Assembly: GCF_048593235.1 (NCBI RefSeq)
Contig: NC_133622.1
Coordinates: forward strand, 238,917,198-238,981,197
DNA length: 64,000 bases
DNA from: Sminthopsis crassicaudata
Taxonomy: Eukaryota
Direction of reading: 5' to 3'
The stretch's first letter is position 1, and the number at the start of each line of letters is the position of its first letter. This document shows positions 13,940 through 26,130 of this stretch, piece by piece. Position numbers and translations under genes: made by a program. Below the pieces are notes generated by a model that did no database searches, was not told the origin of the DNA, and saw only the letters and a list, made by a program, of their open reading frames with translations.

Positions 13940-14815
13940 AGACAGAGAAGTCAGCAAATAGGCAGGAAGAAGTAGAGAATTCTAGGTATGGGGGATACTC
14001 ATGGAGAGATCAAGTATATTGTTAACAGAATAGGAAGAAGCCAATGTCATTGTATTAAAGAACACATGGGAGGAGTGAGGTATAGGAAGAATAAAAATGA
14101 AGAAAAAGGCTACATTACATAGGGCCTTGAAAGCCAAATAAAGTATTTTTGTTTATTTGTTTTTACTTGATCTGAAAGATGATAGAGAACCATTAGGGTT
14201 TATTGAGTAAGAGAGTGACATAGCTAGATCTATGATTTAGGGAAAACAAACAAACAAACAAACAAACAAAAAGGCAAAAACATTTTAATGGCTGAATGGA
14301 AAATAACTTGGCATGAGTAGAATCTTGACCAGGAAGATCTACCAGTAGGTTATTGAAATCATTCAAGCATGAGATGATGAAGGTCTACAAAGTGGCAGAG
14401 GTGAGGGGAAAAAAAAATATGGACAAGAAATGTTGCAAAGTTGAAATAGAAAGCCTTGTCACCATATTAGATATGGAGACATGGAAGTAGGTGAGAGGTA
14501 GTCAAGAATCCAGGATGACTTCATCATGAGGTCTAGGAAGATGGTTCTGGCCTTTTCAGAAATAGGAAAAATAGAATGGTTAAGGTAAAATTTTGTTCTA
14601 TTTTGGTGAAATTTGTTCTATCAGGGTGAAATTAGGTTCTATTTTGTATATATTTGGCTTACGTATCTACTGTTCATCCTGTTTGATATGTCTGAAAAGC
14701 AAGTGAAAATTGGAGGTTACAGATTAGGGAAAAAATATGGAGCAAGTTCTATAAATTTGAAAATTAGCAAAGAAATGGCAACCAAATTCATAGGAATTGA
14801 GGAGATTAGCAAATG
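13940..14815 (-). mobile_element. Degraded L2-like LINE
   Basis: Typical marsupial L2 minus-strand phrases (agggccttgaaagccaa, gatagagaaccattaggg, caaatgaaat). Confidence 0.55.
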
Positions 14816-15908
14816 AAATACTAAGAAAAAAAAGAAAAGGACCAGAAATAAAATTCTAAGTAATATTTGTGCCTGCTAAGTCACTTAACATATCTAAGAC
14901 TCATTGTTCTTCTGATTTAAGCATTACATTTGTGTTTTTATAAAAGAAAATAACCAGATAATTAAATAATAAATGACATAAAGAATATGGGGATAATGAT
15001 TATATTATCTAATTATTATTGTGAGGCTCAAGGGTGTTAATATATAAAAAGTGCTTTTAAAAAAGAATATACTTGTCTATTGTAATTCTGATTAGGAAAG
15101 GCACATGGTCACCAAATCTGGATACTGGTTTTCTAGAACTATCCCTTATGATGCTTAAAACTCTACAAAAGATAGCAACATCATCAAAGAATATTAGACC
15201 AAACTGTATCTAAGTAACTTATTTATGTCTTAGAAACAATATAGTATAATAAAGAAAGTAATGAACTTGAAGTTCAGAGACATATTGGCGTAAATTTTTA
15301 TTCTGAAAATGATCAGTAGTATAGTCGAAGAGAAAAGAATAAATGGGGTAGGGAGGTTTAGGTAAGTTTTACATGACTATACATGTATAAACATATAAAA
15401 TTGCTTGCTTTCTCAATGGGGTGGGGGTAGAAGAGGAAGGGAGAGAATAGGGAATCAAAGTTTTAAAAGTAGATATTTAAACTATTTTTAATTGGAAGAA
15501 AAGATATTAAATTATATAATTAAAGTATATTTACTTAAGTTTTCTCAGCCACTTTTTTTTCTTTCTTAACCATGATGGGCATAAAATTTCTAATTATCTC
15601 ACAGAGCTAATGCTAGAGGGAAAAAGTGATAGATAGATATGAAAATTTCAAACCATTAAAGAAAAGTGAACTATTATTTATTATACACTTTTGTCATTTA
15701 TTTGGTATCATTAACAATTTTCTCATTTTTGACTTTTTCCTAAGGAAAGCTGTAGGGATATGTTCAGCTGTTAAAAAGTAAAAAAAAAAAAAAAAAAAAA
15801 AAATACTATTTATTTCTATAGATCCTAATTCTAATTACGTTGTAATTTATAATTTTGCACTTCCTCTGATTCAGGAAGTACTGAATGTCTTCAAAATATC
15901 GTGAGCTA

Positions 15909-16050
15909 GGGGCAGCTAGGTGGTGCAGTGGATAGAGCACCAGCCCTGAATTCAGAAGGACCTCAGTTCAAATCTGGTCTCAGACTTTTAACATTTCCTA
16001 GCTGTGTGATCTTGGGCATGTCACTTAACTCCAGCCTCAGAGAAAAAAAA
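15909..16050 (+). mobile_element. WSINE1-type SINE about 300 bp upstream of the OR4P acceptor
   Basis: Consensus head ggggcagctaggtggtgcagtggatagagcacc with an A tail, flanked by aaaatat..gtgagcta on both sides. Confidence 0.88.
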
Positions 16051-16385
16051 AATATAGTGTGAGCTATGTCTTAATTAGAAACATTTCAAGGGTGGATTTG
16101 TGTTCCAGTAAAGTATGCAGAAATGACTTCTGGGATGCCTGCAATATCTGATAATTTGTGGTATTGTATACTAACATTCTTGTTACAAAGCAATAAAAGA
16201 GCCATACTTGGGCAATACTTCAACTAGGTAGTGAATTTTCATTTTCAACATACTTAATTCTTTTATAATTCCCTAAACCCTGGGAATGGATTACAATGTT
16301 TATTTTCCTCAATTTGCATTTCCTGTATTAATTTACTGCTTATATCCTTGCAGATTTTGCCCCTGACCATTCTTCATGATGAACC

Positions 16386-17324
16386 ATGAAAAACAGGAAT
16401 AACATCACTGAATTTGTTCTTTTAGGGCTCTCACAGAATAAGGATATTCAAATTCTGTGTTTTGTCCTATTCTCGTTGTGTTATGTAGCTCTTCTGATGG
16501 GAAATTTGATAATCATGATATCCATCCTAGTCAGTCAGCTCATTGACCAACCCATGTACTATTTTTTAACTTATTTATCCCTAGTAGATGTTTGTTATAC
16601 CTCTACAGTAACACCAAAGTTCATCAGTGATTTGTTGCTTGAAAGGAAGAGCATTTCTTACAACAACTGTTTAATCCAAGTTTTTATGATGCACTTGTTT
16701 GGAGCAATTGAAATCTTTATTCTCACTGGGATGGCCTATGACCGCTATGTGGCCATCTGCAAACCTCTGCATTACCAGGTGATCATGAGCAGGCAGAAGT
16801 GTAACATGATGGTCTTAGCTGCCTTTTCTTGGGCACTTCTGCATTCATTTTCTCAGTTTGTCCTCATAATATGTCTACCCTTCTGTGGCCCCAATGTGAT
16901 AAATCATTATTTCTGTGATGTATATCCTTTATTGGAACTTGCCTGCATTGATACTCAAAGGGTGGGACTTTTAGTGATTGTCAGTTCAGGGATGGTTGCC
17001 TTGGTGGTTTTCATAGTGGTTATGGGTTCCTACATTATGATATTGTACACCCTCCATGGTCACTCTTCTGAGAATCGCAGGAAAGCTCTTTCTACCTGTA
17101 GTTCCCACATCACTGTTGTGGTCTTGTTCTTTGGCCCTGTGCTCTTCATTTATATTAGACCAGCCACCACTTTTAGTGAGGATAAAGTGTTTGCTCTTTT
17201 TTATACCATTATTGCTCCCATGCTCAATCCTTTCATCTATACTCTGAAAAATAAAGACATGAAAAATGCAGTGAGGAATATATGGAGCAGCAACAAGATT
17301 TTTAGAAGAAAGGTCATTTTCTGA
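16386..17324 (+). CDS. OR4P4-like: Olfactory receptor, family 4 (OR4P-like), intact, 312 aa, single coding exon
   Basis: The ORF has canonical OR motifs: N-glycosylation NIT, GN in TM1, [40 protein letters not shown] and [10 protein letters not shown]. The sequence [22 protein letters not shown] is typical of OR4P. A polypyrimidine tract and CAG acceptor end at 16353. Confidence 0.96.
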   Translation: MKNRNNITEFVLLGLSQNKDIQILCFVLFSLCYVALLMGNLIIMISILVSQLIDQPMYYFLTYLSLVDVCYTSTVTPKFISDLLLERKSISYNNCLIQVFMMHLFGAIEIFILTGMAYDRYVAICKPLHYQVIMSRQKCNMMVLAAFSWALLHSFSQFVLIICLPFCGPNVINHYFCDVYPLLELACIDTQRVGLLVIVSSGMVALVVFIVVMGSYIMILYTLHGHSSENRRKALSTCSSHITVVVLFFGPVLFIYIRPATTFSEDKVFALFYTIIAPMLNPFIYTLKNKDMKNAVRNIWSSNKIFRRKVIF

Positions 17325-17914
17325 AAAAAAAAAAAAAGAAAAAAAAAAGAAAAAATAAAAAGGAAAAGCTACTTCTCACACCAAACTTTCATGGCTAGAA
17401 AATAAAATAATCATTTTCTGGTGATCATTTAAATCTAATCTCAAGTCAATATAATTTAGAATAAAAAAAGACTAATGAACCATGGAGTTAGTACAAAGTA
17501 CTCTTTTTCACAATGGGGGGTAAAAAGACCTGATGGCAAGAGAAGAGAGATGACTGGCTCAAAACTTTAGAAGTCCTAAAAATGATTAAATAAAGACAGA
17601 CCAATAGTGTTGGATAATAGCTCAGGAAGACGTTTCTTTACAAATATGTAGCTAGAGCAAGAAGGAGATTACACCTCCGTTTTCTTCTCTTAATAGTAGA
17701 CTTTGTAAACGCTAATGAAAATAATGTTTTGACAAATGTACAACTGTTTTCATGAGTGAAATTATATGTTTTCTCCCCTAAATCTTCCTATCTAAGAACT
17801 GTGGAGGTTGAGATTATTTGAAACAACTTACTATCTTTTAATCTAAATCCTGTATAGAAAAGTGGGGGGAAAAGGAACACTAGATCTTAGAGGGTTTTTC
17901 AATCTATTTTAAGG

Positions 17915-18435
17915 GAGGGGAGAGGTAGGGAAGGGAGAGGTAGAGGGGAGGGAGGGAGGGAAAGAGAGAAATAGATATAAGAAGAAAGAGAAGAAAAGAG
18001 AAGAGGAGGGGAGAGAAGAAGGGGAAGTGGAAAGGGAAAAGAAGGGGAGAAAAGGGAGATGGAGAAAGGGAGAAAGGGGTGGAAGAGGAAGGAGAAGGAG
18101 AAGGGAAAGGAAGGGGAAAGGTAGAAGGGGAGGAAGGGGAAAGGTAGAAGTAAAGGAAGGGGAGGAGGAAGGGGAAAAGGGAAAGAAGAAATGGGGGGCA
18201 GAGGAGGAAAATAGGGGTTAGGGGAGGAAAAGATGAAAAATGGAGGAAGGAATGATGGAGGGAAAAGAAGGAGAAGGGGCAAAAAGGAAATAGGAGAGGG
18301 AAGAGAAAGGAGGGGAGGAGGAAAAGAAAGAAGGAGAGGGGAGAGAGGGGAGGAGAGGGGGATAGGGAAGGTGAAGTAAAAGGAGATAAATAAAAGCAGC
18401 AAAGAAGAAAGGAAAAAGACCAAGGAAGAAAAAAA
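17915..18435 (+). repeat. About 520-bp polypurine (GA-rich) low-complexity tract
   Basis: Almost entirely A/G on the + strand. Confidence 0.95.
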
Positions 18436-19484
18436 TGGAATGTTCATGTAATTTCTACATCTTTCTTCAGTTCTAATTTGATGGATGTGTACTGGTCTTA
18501 GAGCCAGAGAGATAAAGATTTGTATGTCACTTCTCCCCCATGGAAGCTTTGTTATTTCAGAAAACTAATATGGACTGGGAGGCCTACTTTTGAGTCTCAC
18601 GAGTTCATTACAGAGCTATAGTTTCCAAGGTTCATGTTTTATACCCAGAGAGGCAGATGAAGTGCTGCATTGGGAATCAAATATACTTGACTTTGAATTC
18701 CGCCATTGACATTCACTGGATGTGTGATCATTGCTGAATGAAACCTTTCTTTGGTTTAGTTTAGTTATCTATAATATGATGATGTTAATGCTTCAGAAGG
18801 AATTTTTGAGATTCAAAAGATACTCCTTTATAAATATGATCTTTTTCAAGGTACATGAATATATATTGCCAGATTTTTCATATTAGATTTTATAAGACCA
18901 AAAAAGGCAAACCATGAATGCAAAGGTAGAATAAAAGATATAATAAAACATCTCAGTGATCCACCTAATTGAACAGAAATATGAATGACAAAATGTAAAC
19001 CCCTTTCTAGAGTTTTTGGTAGTTGAATCCTCATCTCAAAGCATTTTGCCAGTATACACTTACGGTATGCTTATTGAAGCAAATTGAATTATATTTTTGA
19101 AGTTCAATTCAATTAATAAAATGTTATAGATAATAGGAACATCAATTGTGTATGTGTGTGTGTGTGTGTGTGTGTTTTTCTCTTTTCTTTCCTTAGGTTG
19201 TATTTGAATACTGAGTGACTTACTTATATGGGGTAAATACTTAATAAATGTTTGTTGAGTTGATATAATTTGGATATAAATGTATTGAATAAGGAGTAGT
19301 AAATAATGGGTCTGTTCCCTTTTTGCTATGATAGGTAGAATTATGTGAATATGACTTAGAAAGTGTGATTACTGAGCAGGAAAAACCAAGAAAAAGAATT
19401 ATAATCTGATATTCACACCAAACTCTACCTAGTGACAGAACACAAATTTAACAAGGAAAGACAAAAAAGCACATTGACCATGAT

Positions 19485-19650
19485 NNNNNNNNNNNNNNNN
19501 NNNNNNNNNNNNNNNNNNNNNNNNNNNNNNNNNNNNNNNNNNNNNNNNNNNNNNNNNNNNNNNNNNNNNNNNNNNNNNNNNNNNNNNNNNNNNNNNNNNN
19601 NNNNNNNNNNNNNNNNNNNNNNNNNNNNNNNNNNNNNNNNNNNNNNNNNN
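19485..19650. other. Assembly gap (166 N)
   Basis: Run of N. Confidence 1.
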
Positions 19651-19737
19651 TTACATATGTGTGTATATCTATGCATATATTTACAAGGGCAATATGAGGA
19701 AGGAAATCAGTCTTAAGTGGAGATCAAATAATATAAT

Positions 19738-19915
19738 GGTGTTCAGTTAGTTCAGTCATTTCCAACTCTGACTACATTTTAGAGTTTTCTTGGAAGAGAT
19801 ACAGGAATGGTTTCCCATTTCCTTCTCCAGGTTATTTGACAGATAAGGAAACTGAAGCAAACAGTGGAGATTGTTGAGAATCATACAGTTCACATCTAAG
19901 GTCAGATACTGATGA
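19738..19915 (-). mobile_element. Mar1-type SINE
   Basis: Contains gttttcttggaagagatacaggaatggtttcccatttccttctccag ... gaaactgaagcaaacag, the reverse complement of the Mar1 core and tail. Confidence 0.75.
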
Positions 19916-19964
19916 GAGTTAAGAAAGGGGGAACCCCTTTTGAGTCGGCACAAGTATAATCCCA

Positions 19965-20017
19965 TGATGGTGCAAAGTCCCCTGTAAAGGAATTTACAGG
20001 CCTGAAAACCTAGATTG

Positions 20018-20076
<59 letters not shown>

Positions 20077-20533
20077 AACGTTTACTGTAGGGATTTGAAA
20101 GTAAAGTTTAGTTAGTAAAGTTGAGGGTAGAGATAAAAGGGCACCAGATTAGGTTCTGTGGGCAGAAACTCTTGACATGACTGACATAAGGAAGCCATGC
20201 TTAGGACTTTTGCAAAGCGTGGACTCCAAAGTAGTCCCTTTTATAATGGGGGCTCTTGGTGATCTTGAAGGTGGGTGGAGTCCCAGGCTCCTGGTGGGTT
20301 TTTAGCCAGGGTCAGCATTGAATAGAATTCAATGGGTTTAAACTTGTGGGGGTTGGGAAAACCCAAATTAGTTCAGATCTGATGGGGGCTGGGGAAAGCC
20401 TGGATATCATTGGAATTCAAAGGGGTGCTTTTTGACCAGGATTTGTGAATCAAAAGATCCTAGCTTCTTCAGCCATGGGGGGGTGGGGGTTGGAAATCAA
20501 AAAGGAATCTTAAAGGGACCTCAACCCCCATCA
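19965..20533 (-). mobile_element. Solo LTR with an internal poly(A) expansion
   Basis: TG...CA ends with TSD atccca/atacca. It is the same family as the + strand LTR at 56362-56784 (shared ctaggttttcaggcctgtaaattc and gttgaggtccctttaagattcc). Confidence 0.85.
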
Positions 20534-21301
20534 ATACCACTTTACCACTTCAGTGTCTTTTCCAAGAAAAGCCCAAATTCGATTCCCAAGATTAAGACAC
20601 AATTAGAAAATGGCTGAGCAACAACATAGTACAAAAGATGGCTTAGGTCATCAAAGCCAGACAGTGATAGAAGAATAAAGGAGAGCATGGAAAACTCAGG
20701 TGAAAGTTGCAAATGTGATCCTTCTTCATAAGTGACCATGATAATTAAGCCAAAAAGATATTGATGGGAATCTTAGGCTCTTAAAAACCACCAAAATTAG
20801 ATATTGGGAGCTCCAAATTAAATTTAAGTTTGAAATATAATTTTGTGGGAAAAAATAATCTTCTTTTATATAGTCTATAGTCTATACATACATGTATATA
20901 TATATATGTATATATAGTTTATACTCTATAATATCAACCCTATTCATAAAAAACGGGTGCCTCTTCCTCCTGTGATCTTCCAAGGTTCCTGACCCTTTTC
21001 CTCCTTCAAACTTTTTACACATTCACAATGTGGAAGAAGTACTCTCAGGTACATTCAAAGGGATTTAAAATGAATTTCATTTGAGGAAATCCAGGTTCTA
21101 GTTATGATAGTTTCCCTTGGTAGCTTTATTATATTAAGCAACTTTTCCTTCAACCTTCTGGTGTTTAATTTCATTTTATGCAAAACTATGGTTCAAGGAA
21201 AAGGTAAATGGAGTTGACTTAGAATAGATGATCTCTAAAATTCTTCCAATTATTAGATGTTATTCTATGACTTTGGATAGTGTTTCAATTGTTGTGTCAT
21301 A

Positions 21302-21320
21302 CTGCCATCTAGTGGCCATA
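21302..21320 (-). promoter_or_regulatory. Strong CTCF consensus motif
   Basis: The reverse complement contains TGGCCACTAGATGGCAG, matching the CCACYAGRKGGCR core. Confidence 0.55.
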
Positions 21321-21884
21321 GACTCTCATCACTCTATTGCTCTCCATATTTCCAAAGGAACAGTATGTGTGAACAGATTTAATCCCACTCTTCTTAGCTG
21401 ATTGTGCTTGAGTTGAAAATGAGGGCAGCAGGTGGGCATTTCCCTGAGAACAGCTTGTGTAGATCTAAAGAGCAGAATAAAATAACTCAATGTGTGAAAA
21501 CTAAATTAGTATAGTTAGTTTTTTTTTTTTTTTAATGGGAAAAAATAATCTTTCAGAAAGGGAAGATAAAATCTGGCATGCATAGACCTTGTATTCTGCC
21601 CTATAAAGAAAAAGATATGCTTATTTTAAGTTTTTGTGTGTGGTATAATTAGTATAAATCAAGCACAGATGGATTTGCAAGTGTTAGATTAATGCCCACA
21701 TAGCTTTCTAATTTAATCCAATTAATTCAGTCCCAAAGAAAACTTGTGCAAAGAACATTAGGTTAGAAGGTAAAAGATCGGAGCAAAAACACTTTTGAGT
21801 TTCAGCTGCCATTTTCTTCATCTGACAAATGACTATAGATAAATCTAGAGTGATGAAGTCAAAGGGTTCTATGAGAATCTGTAC

Positions 21885-21886
<2 letters not shown>

Positions 21887-21930
<44 letters not shown>
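21887..21930. repeat. (CA)n microsatellite
   Basis: Perfect run. Confidence 0.98.
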
Positions 21931-21933
<3 letters not shown>

Positions 21934-22140
21934 CACAGAAGCTACAATATTTATTGAACATATCTAAAATGAAAAGAAAAAGAATAATCCCTACCACAAG
22001 GAAGCTTCTACCTCTTTCCATTTAATAAAATGTCATTTCCTCCCAGTTGTTTGGTAAAAGTGTTCTATGAGATGAAATAAAGGGTAATGTAAAGGACTAT
22101 GGAAAGTTATTGCAGTCTCCTGCCCTACCTTATCAAATTT

Positions 22141-22325
22141 CTTGTTGTTCTTCAGTTGTGTCTGACTCAGTGACCTCATTTGGGATTTTCTTGACAAAGA
22201 TACTGGATTAGTTGTCCATTTACTCGTTCAACTTATTTTGCAGTTGAAGAAACTGAGGCAAATAGGTTAAGTGACTTGCTGAGGGACTCACAGCCAGAAA
22301 GTGTCTGAGGCCAAATGTAAACACA
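22141..22325 (-). mobile_element. Mar1-type SINE
   Basis: Contains ttgttgttcttcagttgtgtctgactc ... gaaactgaggcaaataggttaagtgacttgc. Confidence 0.8.
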
Positions 22326-22339
22326 GTAAAAGGCATGCA

Positions 22340-25300
22340 GCAGAAGTAGAACATCCTGGTTAAATCGGAAAAGACCCAAGCCTTTTCATGGATAGAATAA
22401 AAGGATGTAACTATCCTTGACCAAGGATCACCAATGTTTTTTGCTTCACGTCACTTGTGTAAGTTCCTGTTACTTCCTGTAACTTAAGAGTCTGACCTTT
22501 TAGAGATCATGTGACTTTTCAGGGTTCTTCTTGAACCCAGAGTCCAAGGCCTGATCTCCCAGCTCTGGGAATAGGGATCATGTGATTTAGGCAAACTGAG
22601 AAAACTTCATCTAAAGTCCCAATCAGTTCCCCTTCTTTTTCATAAATTTGAAGATTTCTCATCCCAATATATATCTTCCACTGAGGTATCTTTGTGACTT
22701 AGGCTTTCAGGCTGGTCCCTCTTCAGTGCTAATTGTAATTGTCCTCTGCCATTTAGAACCAACCCAGCCTACCAGTGGAAGCTTTTAGGAACCACTTTAG
22801 CTACTCCTGAACTTAGCTAAATCTTGAACTTCTCTAACGATTAAGTGCATAAGCAAGTGGGTGAAGGATATTGCTGCTTACAACAATGAGCAGAAATCAG
22901 AGATCCTGCTTCCACCAAATCCCACTGTCTGGTCTTGAAAACCCAGTCTTTACATGTGCCAGCCATAGAACTACAGCACTGTGGAGGCCCAAGGGCCTCA
23001 GGGCCATTGTCACATCATTTCCACCTCAAGCAGTCCAGACCCAGGTTCATTTGGGAAAAAGGGACAAAGGTCTCAACTTCTGGAACTGTTTCAAGTTGAC
23101 AAGGGGCAGATAGCTGGCCCTACCCAATGGACTGAAGAAGGGAGATAAGTGACTTGTAGATGGTGGCAGAGAGCTTAATGTCAGAATCAAATCTCAGGTG
23201 ATTTCAGATCGACTAAGTGCTTGCAATTTTATGACAAAGTCTAGAAGAAGCAACTTTCACAAGTATATTAAAAATACAAGTACTAAATATGAACAAAAGG
23301 GAAAGAATAAGCAAAAGTAGAGTTAATTTGGAGGTTACTAGGGACAAGAAGCCTACCCAGAGGCAGGATGGTAGGGAAGTGAGGCTATCATAAATGTGTT
23401 TCATCCAAACAGTTCTCCCCCCTCCCCCATCAGGATAAATACCAAATAATGTTTTCTCAAAATTCTTGCTTTTGTTTCCTCAAAGGAATAGGGGCAAGGG
23501 ATAGCCCTTCCAACTCCATCATGCTTCCTGATCCTCACTTCTCACAACTAACCTTTTTAGGGTGAAAAGTCCCCCAGGATTCCATCTGCCAGCCAAATAC
23601 AGGCCCCAGCCTCATGGGGTATCTTCTTTTCCTTGGCAAATGGCAAGTCCACTTTTCTGTCCCCTATTTCCAACAAGCCATTTTCCTCTTTTTTTCTTCC
23701 TCCTTCTCTCATGGCATCTCTTCCCATCTGTCTCTATTTCCTCCTGATGTTAACATATTCTCTCCTCTCCAACATATTCTTCTCCCTTTTTCTAACATGC
23801 TCCAAACCAATAACTATTCTAACTAGATGCTTCATTTAAATTATTAATTGCTTTTGCAAATCAATCTTTCTTGTCCCTTGTCTTTAAATCACTTTTTAAA
23901 ATTTTAAACTTTAAGGCTCACAATTAAATAACTTTGAACCAAATTTCATAAAACTTATACATATATCCAAAGAGCTGACAAAATTTTTAAGGCATAACTC
24001 ATAATTTTACAAATTACCCAGTATACACTTTGGAAAGCAACATACCATCTAGTTAGGGGGATCCAAACAAGATCTCACCTAAGATAAGCTACCAGAATTT
24101 TGTTTTGATAACCTATATTTTTACTTAAAATCAGATCAAATACAGCTTTAAATTCCCAATAGTATGAATGCTTTTCCTATCCTATCTCTTATATCAAATT
24201 TCACTACACTGATTAAGTATAGGTTCTTTCTCTCCCTCTGATCACGAGTCCCTGCTGCTTTCCAGGAATGCAGAAGGGGAAGAAAGAGATTATCTTCACT
24301 CTCTGCACTAGCCTCCTCTAGGAAGCTCTGATTTAATTTAATTGCGGAATTTTGGAAATTGGAATTGGAATTGGAATTTTGAAATGACCAATTGCCAGAT
24401 TCCCCAATCATTACTCTCAATGGACTTTCCTGCAGTTCCAACTTTAGCCAGAGTTGGAGTCTACAGGAAAAGTCATGGCTTTTCCTCTTTTTCCCCCCCC
24501 CTAACAAATTGTAGCTCTCAGAAAAGACATGACAAAGACATTCTGTATAAAGACACAAACACAGACAAAAATTACATGGAAGAGAATCATCTCTTCTCAC
24601 ACACAACAGAAATACCCAAGTGCAATTTTTTTTTATCCCTTTTTGCTCCAAAGATTTGAGTTGGACTGCCCCCTCTCAGAAAATTCAATCTCACAACCTG
24701 ATGTCTAGCAAAATCAGAGTCAACCCTCCTAGTGACCCAGCAGATCAGGCTCAGAAGGACTTGATTATCTTCCTGGGCCAACTGCAGAGTACTACAGTCC
24801 TATGCCTTAAATAGAACTTCTTTTCCTGGCTAACCTGGATCATCCAAGGCTTGATGATCCCAAGGCCCATGCCACCTAAGGAAGTCCAATGGCACATTAA
24901 CAGACAGTGCCCCCATAGATTACTCATGCATAAGTTACTTGGTTCCTCTTTCTTACCCCAACTTCATCTTCAGAGGATTGTATATGGTTTCTCTTTGTAT
25001 TTGAGTATCTCTAGGCTAATTCTTCACAAAGAGAGAACCTGAGAGTCTGATCTCAAGAACGGTCAGAGAAAACCCAACCTGGCACCTGCCTTGAATTAGG
25101 ATCCCAGTTATCTCTCTGGGAAGCCGAAGATGCCAGATAAGTCCCCATAAACTCTGTGGGATAGATGCCCTCTCCCAAATTAACTAATTAAGATATCTTC
25201 AGGTACAAAAAGAAAACATTTATTTAGTCCATGCAGAGAGAGGACCAGACAGAAACACACCTGGGAACCATCCCAACTCCAGCCAAGTACTCATGGAACC

Positions 25301-25590
25301 TGACTTACTAGAAGTAGAACACCCAGTTAAATGGGGGGGGGGAAGTATTTTCATTGGATAGTATGTAACCATGCTTGACCAATGGTCACCAATGTTGTCT
25401 GCTTCCCATAGGTCACATCTCTTTCTATAACTTCCTTTTTTCCTGTAACTTAGGCTCTGATCTTTTAAAGATAATGTGACTTCCCAGGGTCCTTCTTGGA
25501 CCAGAGTTCAAGGCCTAATCTTCTAGCTCTGGGAATAGGGATCATGTGACATAGGCCTAGTCTCAAACTGAGAAAACTTCATCCAATTAG
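22340..25590 (-). mobile_element. Degraded ERV/LTR-retroelement region bounded by two related LTR-like direct repeats (22340-22620 and 25310-25590)
   Basis: The two ends share agaagtagaaca...ccaatgtt...cctgtaactta...agctctgggaatagggatcatgtga...aaactgagaaaacttcatc. No recognisable intact gag, pol or env. Confidence 0.5.
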
Positions 25591-26130
25591 TCCCATACAT
25601 GATGACTTTGGAATGCTTCTGTTCTAACAATCTGTCAATGATTCTAAAGTCTTCTGGTTTTAGAATCACTGGCTCCTGAGGTCCTTGACCTTAGAGTACT
25701 ATTGTTCTAACAATCTGTCAGTCAATGATTATAAAAATTTGCTGGCCTAGGAATATAATAATATTTCTTCCCTTAGACTTTAGGGAAGACATATTAGGGA
25801 TCCTGAGGCCTCTGTCCTTAGAGTGCTATTTTTCTAACAATCTGTCTGCCAAAGTTTCTAAAGTCTTCTGACCTTAGGATAGTCCTACATACAGTTATGA
25901 CTATCAGATACATAAATTGCTGGTCCAAATTCCTGAGATCACCCCTCAGTTCTCCCTCCAGGACATAAAATTAGCATATCAGTGACATGGAGAACTGGAT
26001 AATTTGTCTCCTTGCTCTTGATTCTTTGCTAAATTCTTTTGGAACTCATCCTGCTTCAATTAGCCATACAATAAGCTTTGCCCCTTGACTTGGATATGGG
26101 TTCAAGATTGAAAAGTATTTTGAGACACCT

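Noticed and set aside
16276-16287. CCCTGGGA O/E-like site near OR4P
   Set aside because: It lies in the intron about 70 nt before the acceptor, with no supporting homeodomain site, and is compatible with chance.
17899-18447. 182-aa Pro/Leu/Phe/Ser ORF on the minus strand and its Arg/Gly/Glu counterpart
   Set aside because: Artefact of the polypurine tract, which cannot encode stops on the pyrimidine strand.
25620-25880. Spaced direct repeats superficially like a CRISPR array
   Set aside because: There are only three imperfect units with related spacers, inside an LTR U3 in a mammalian genome.
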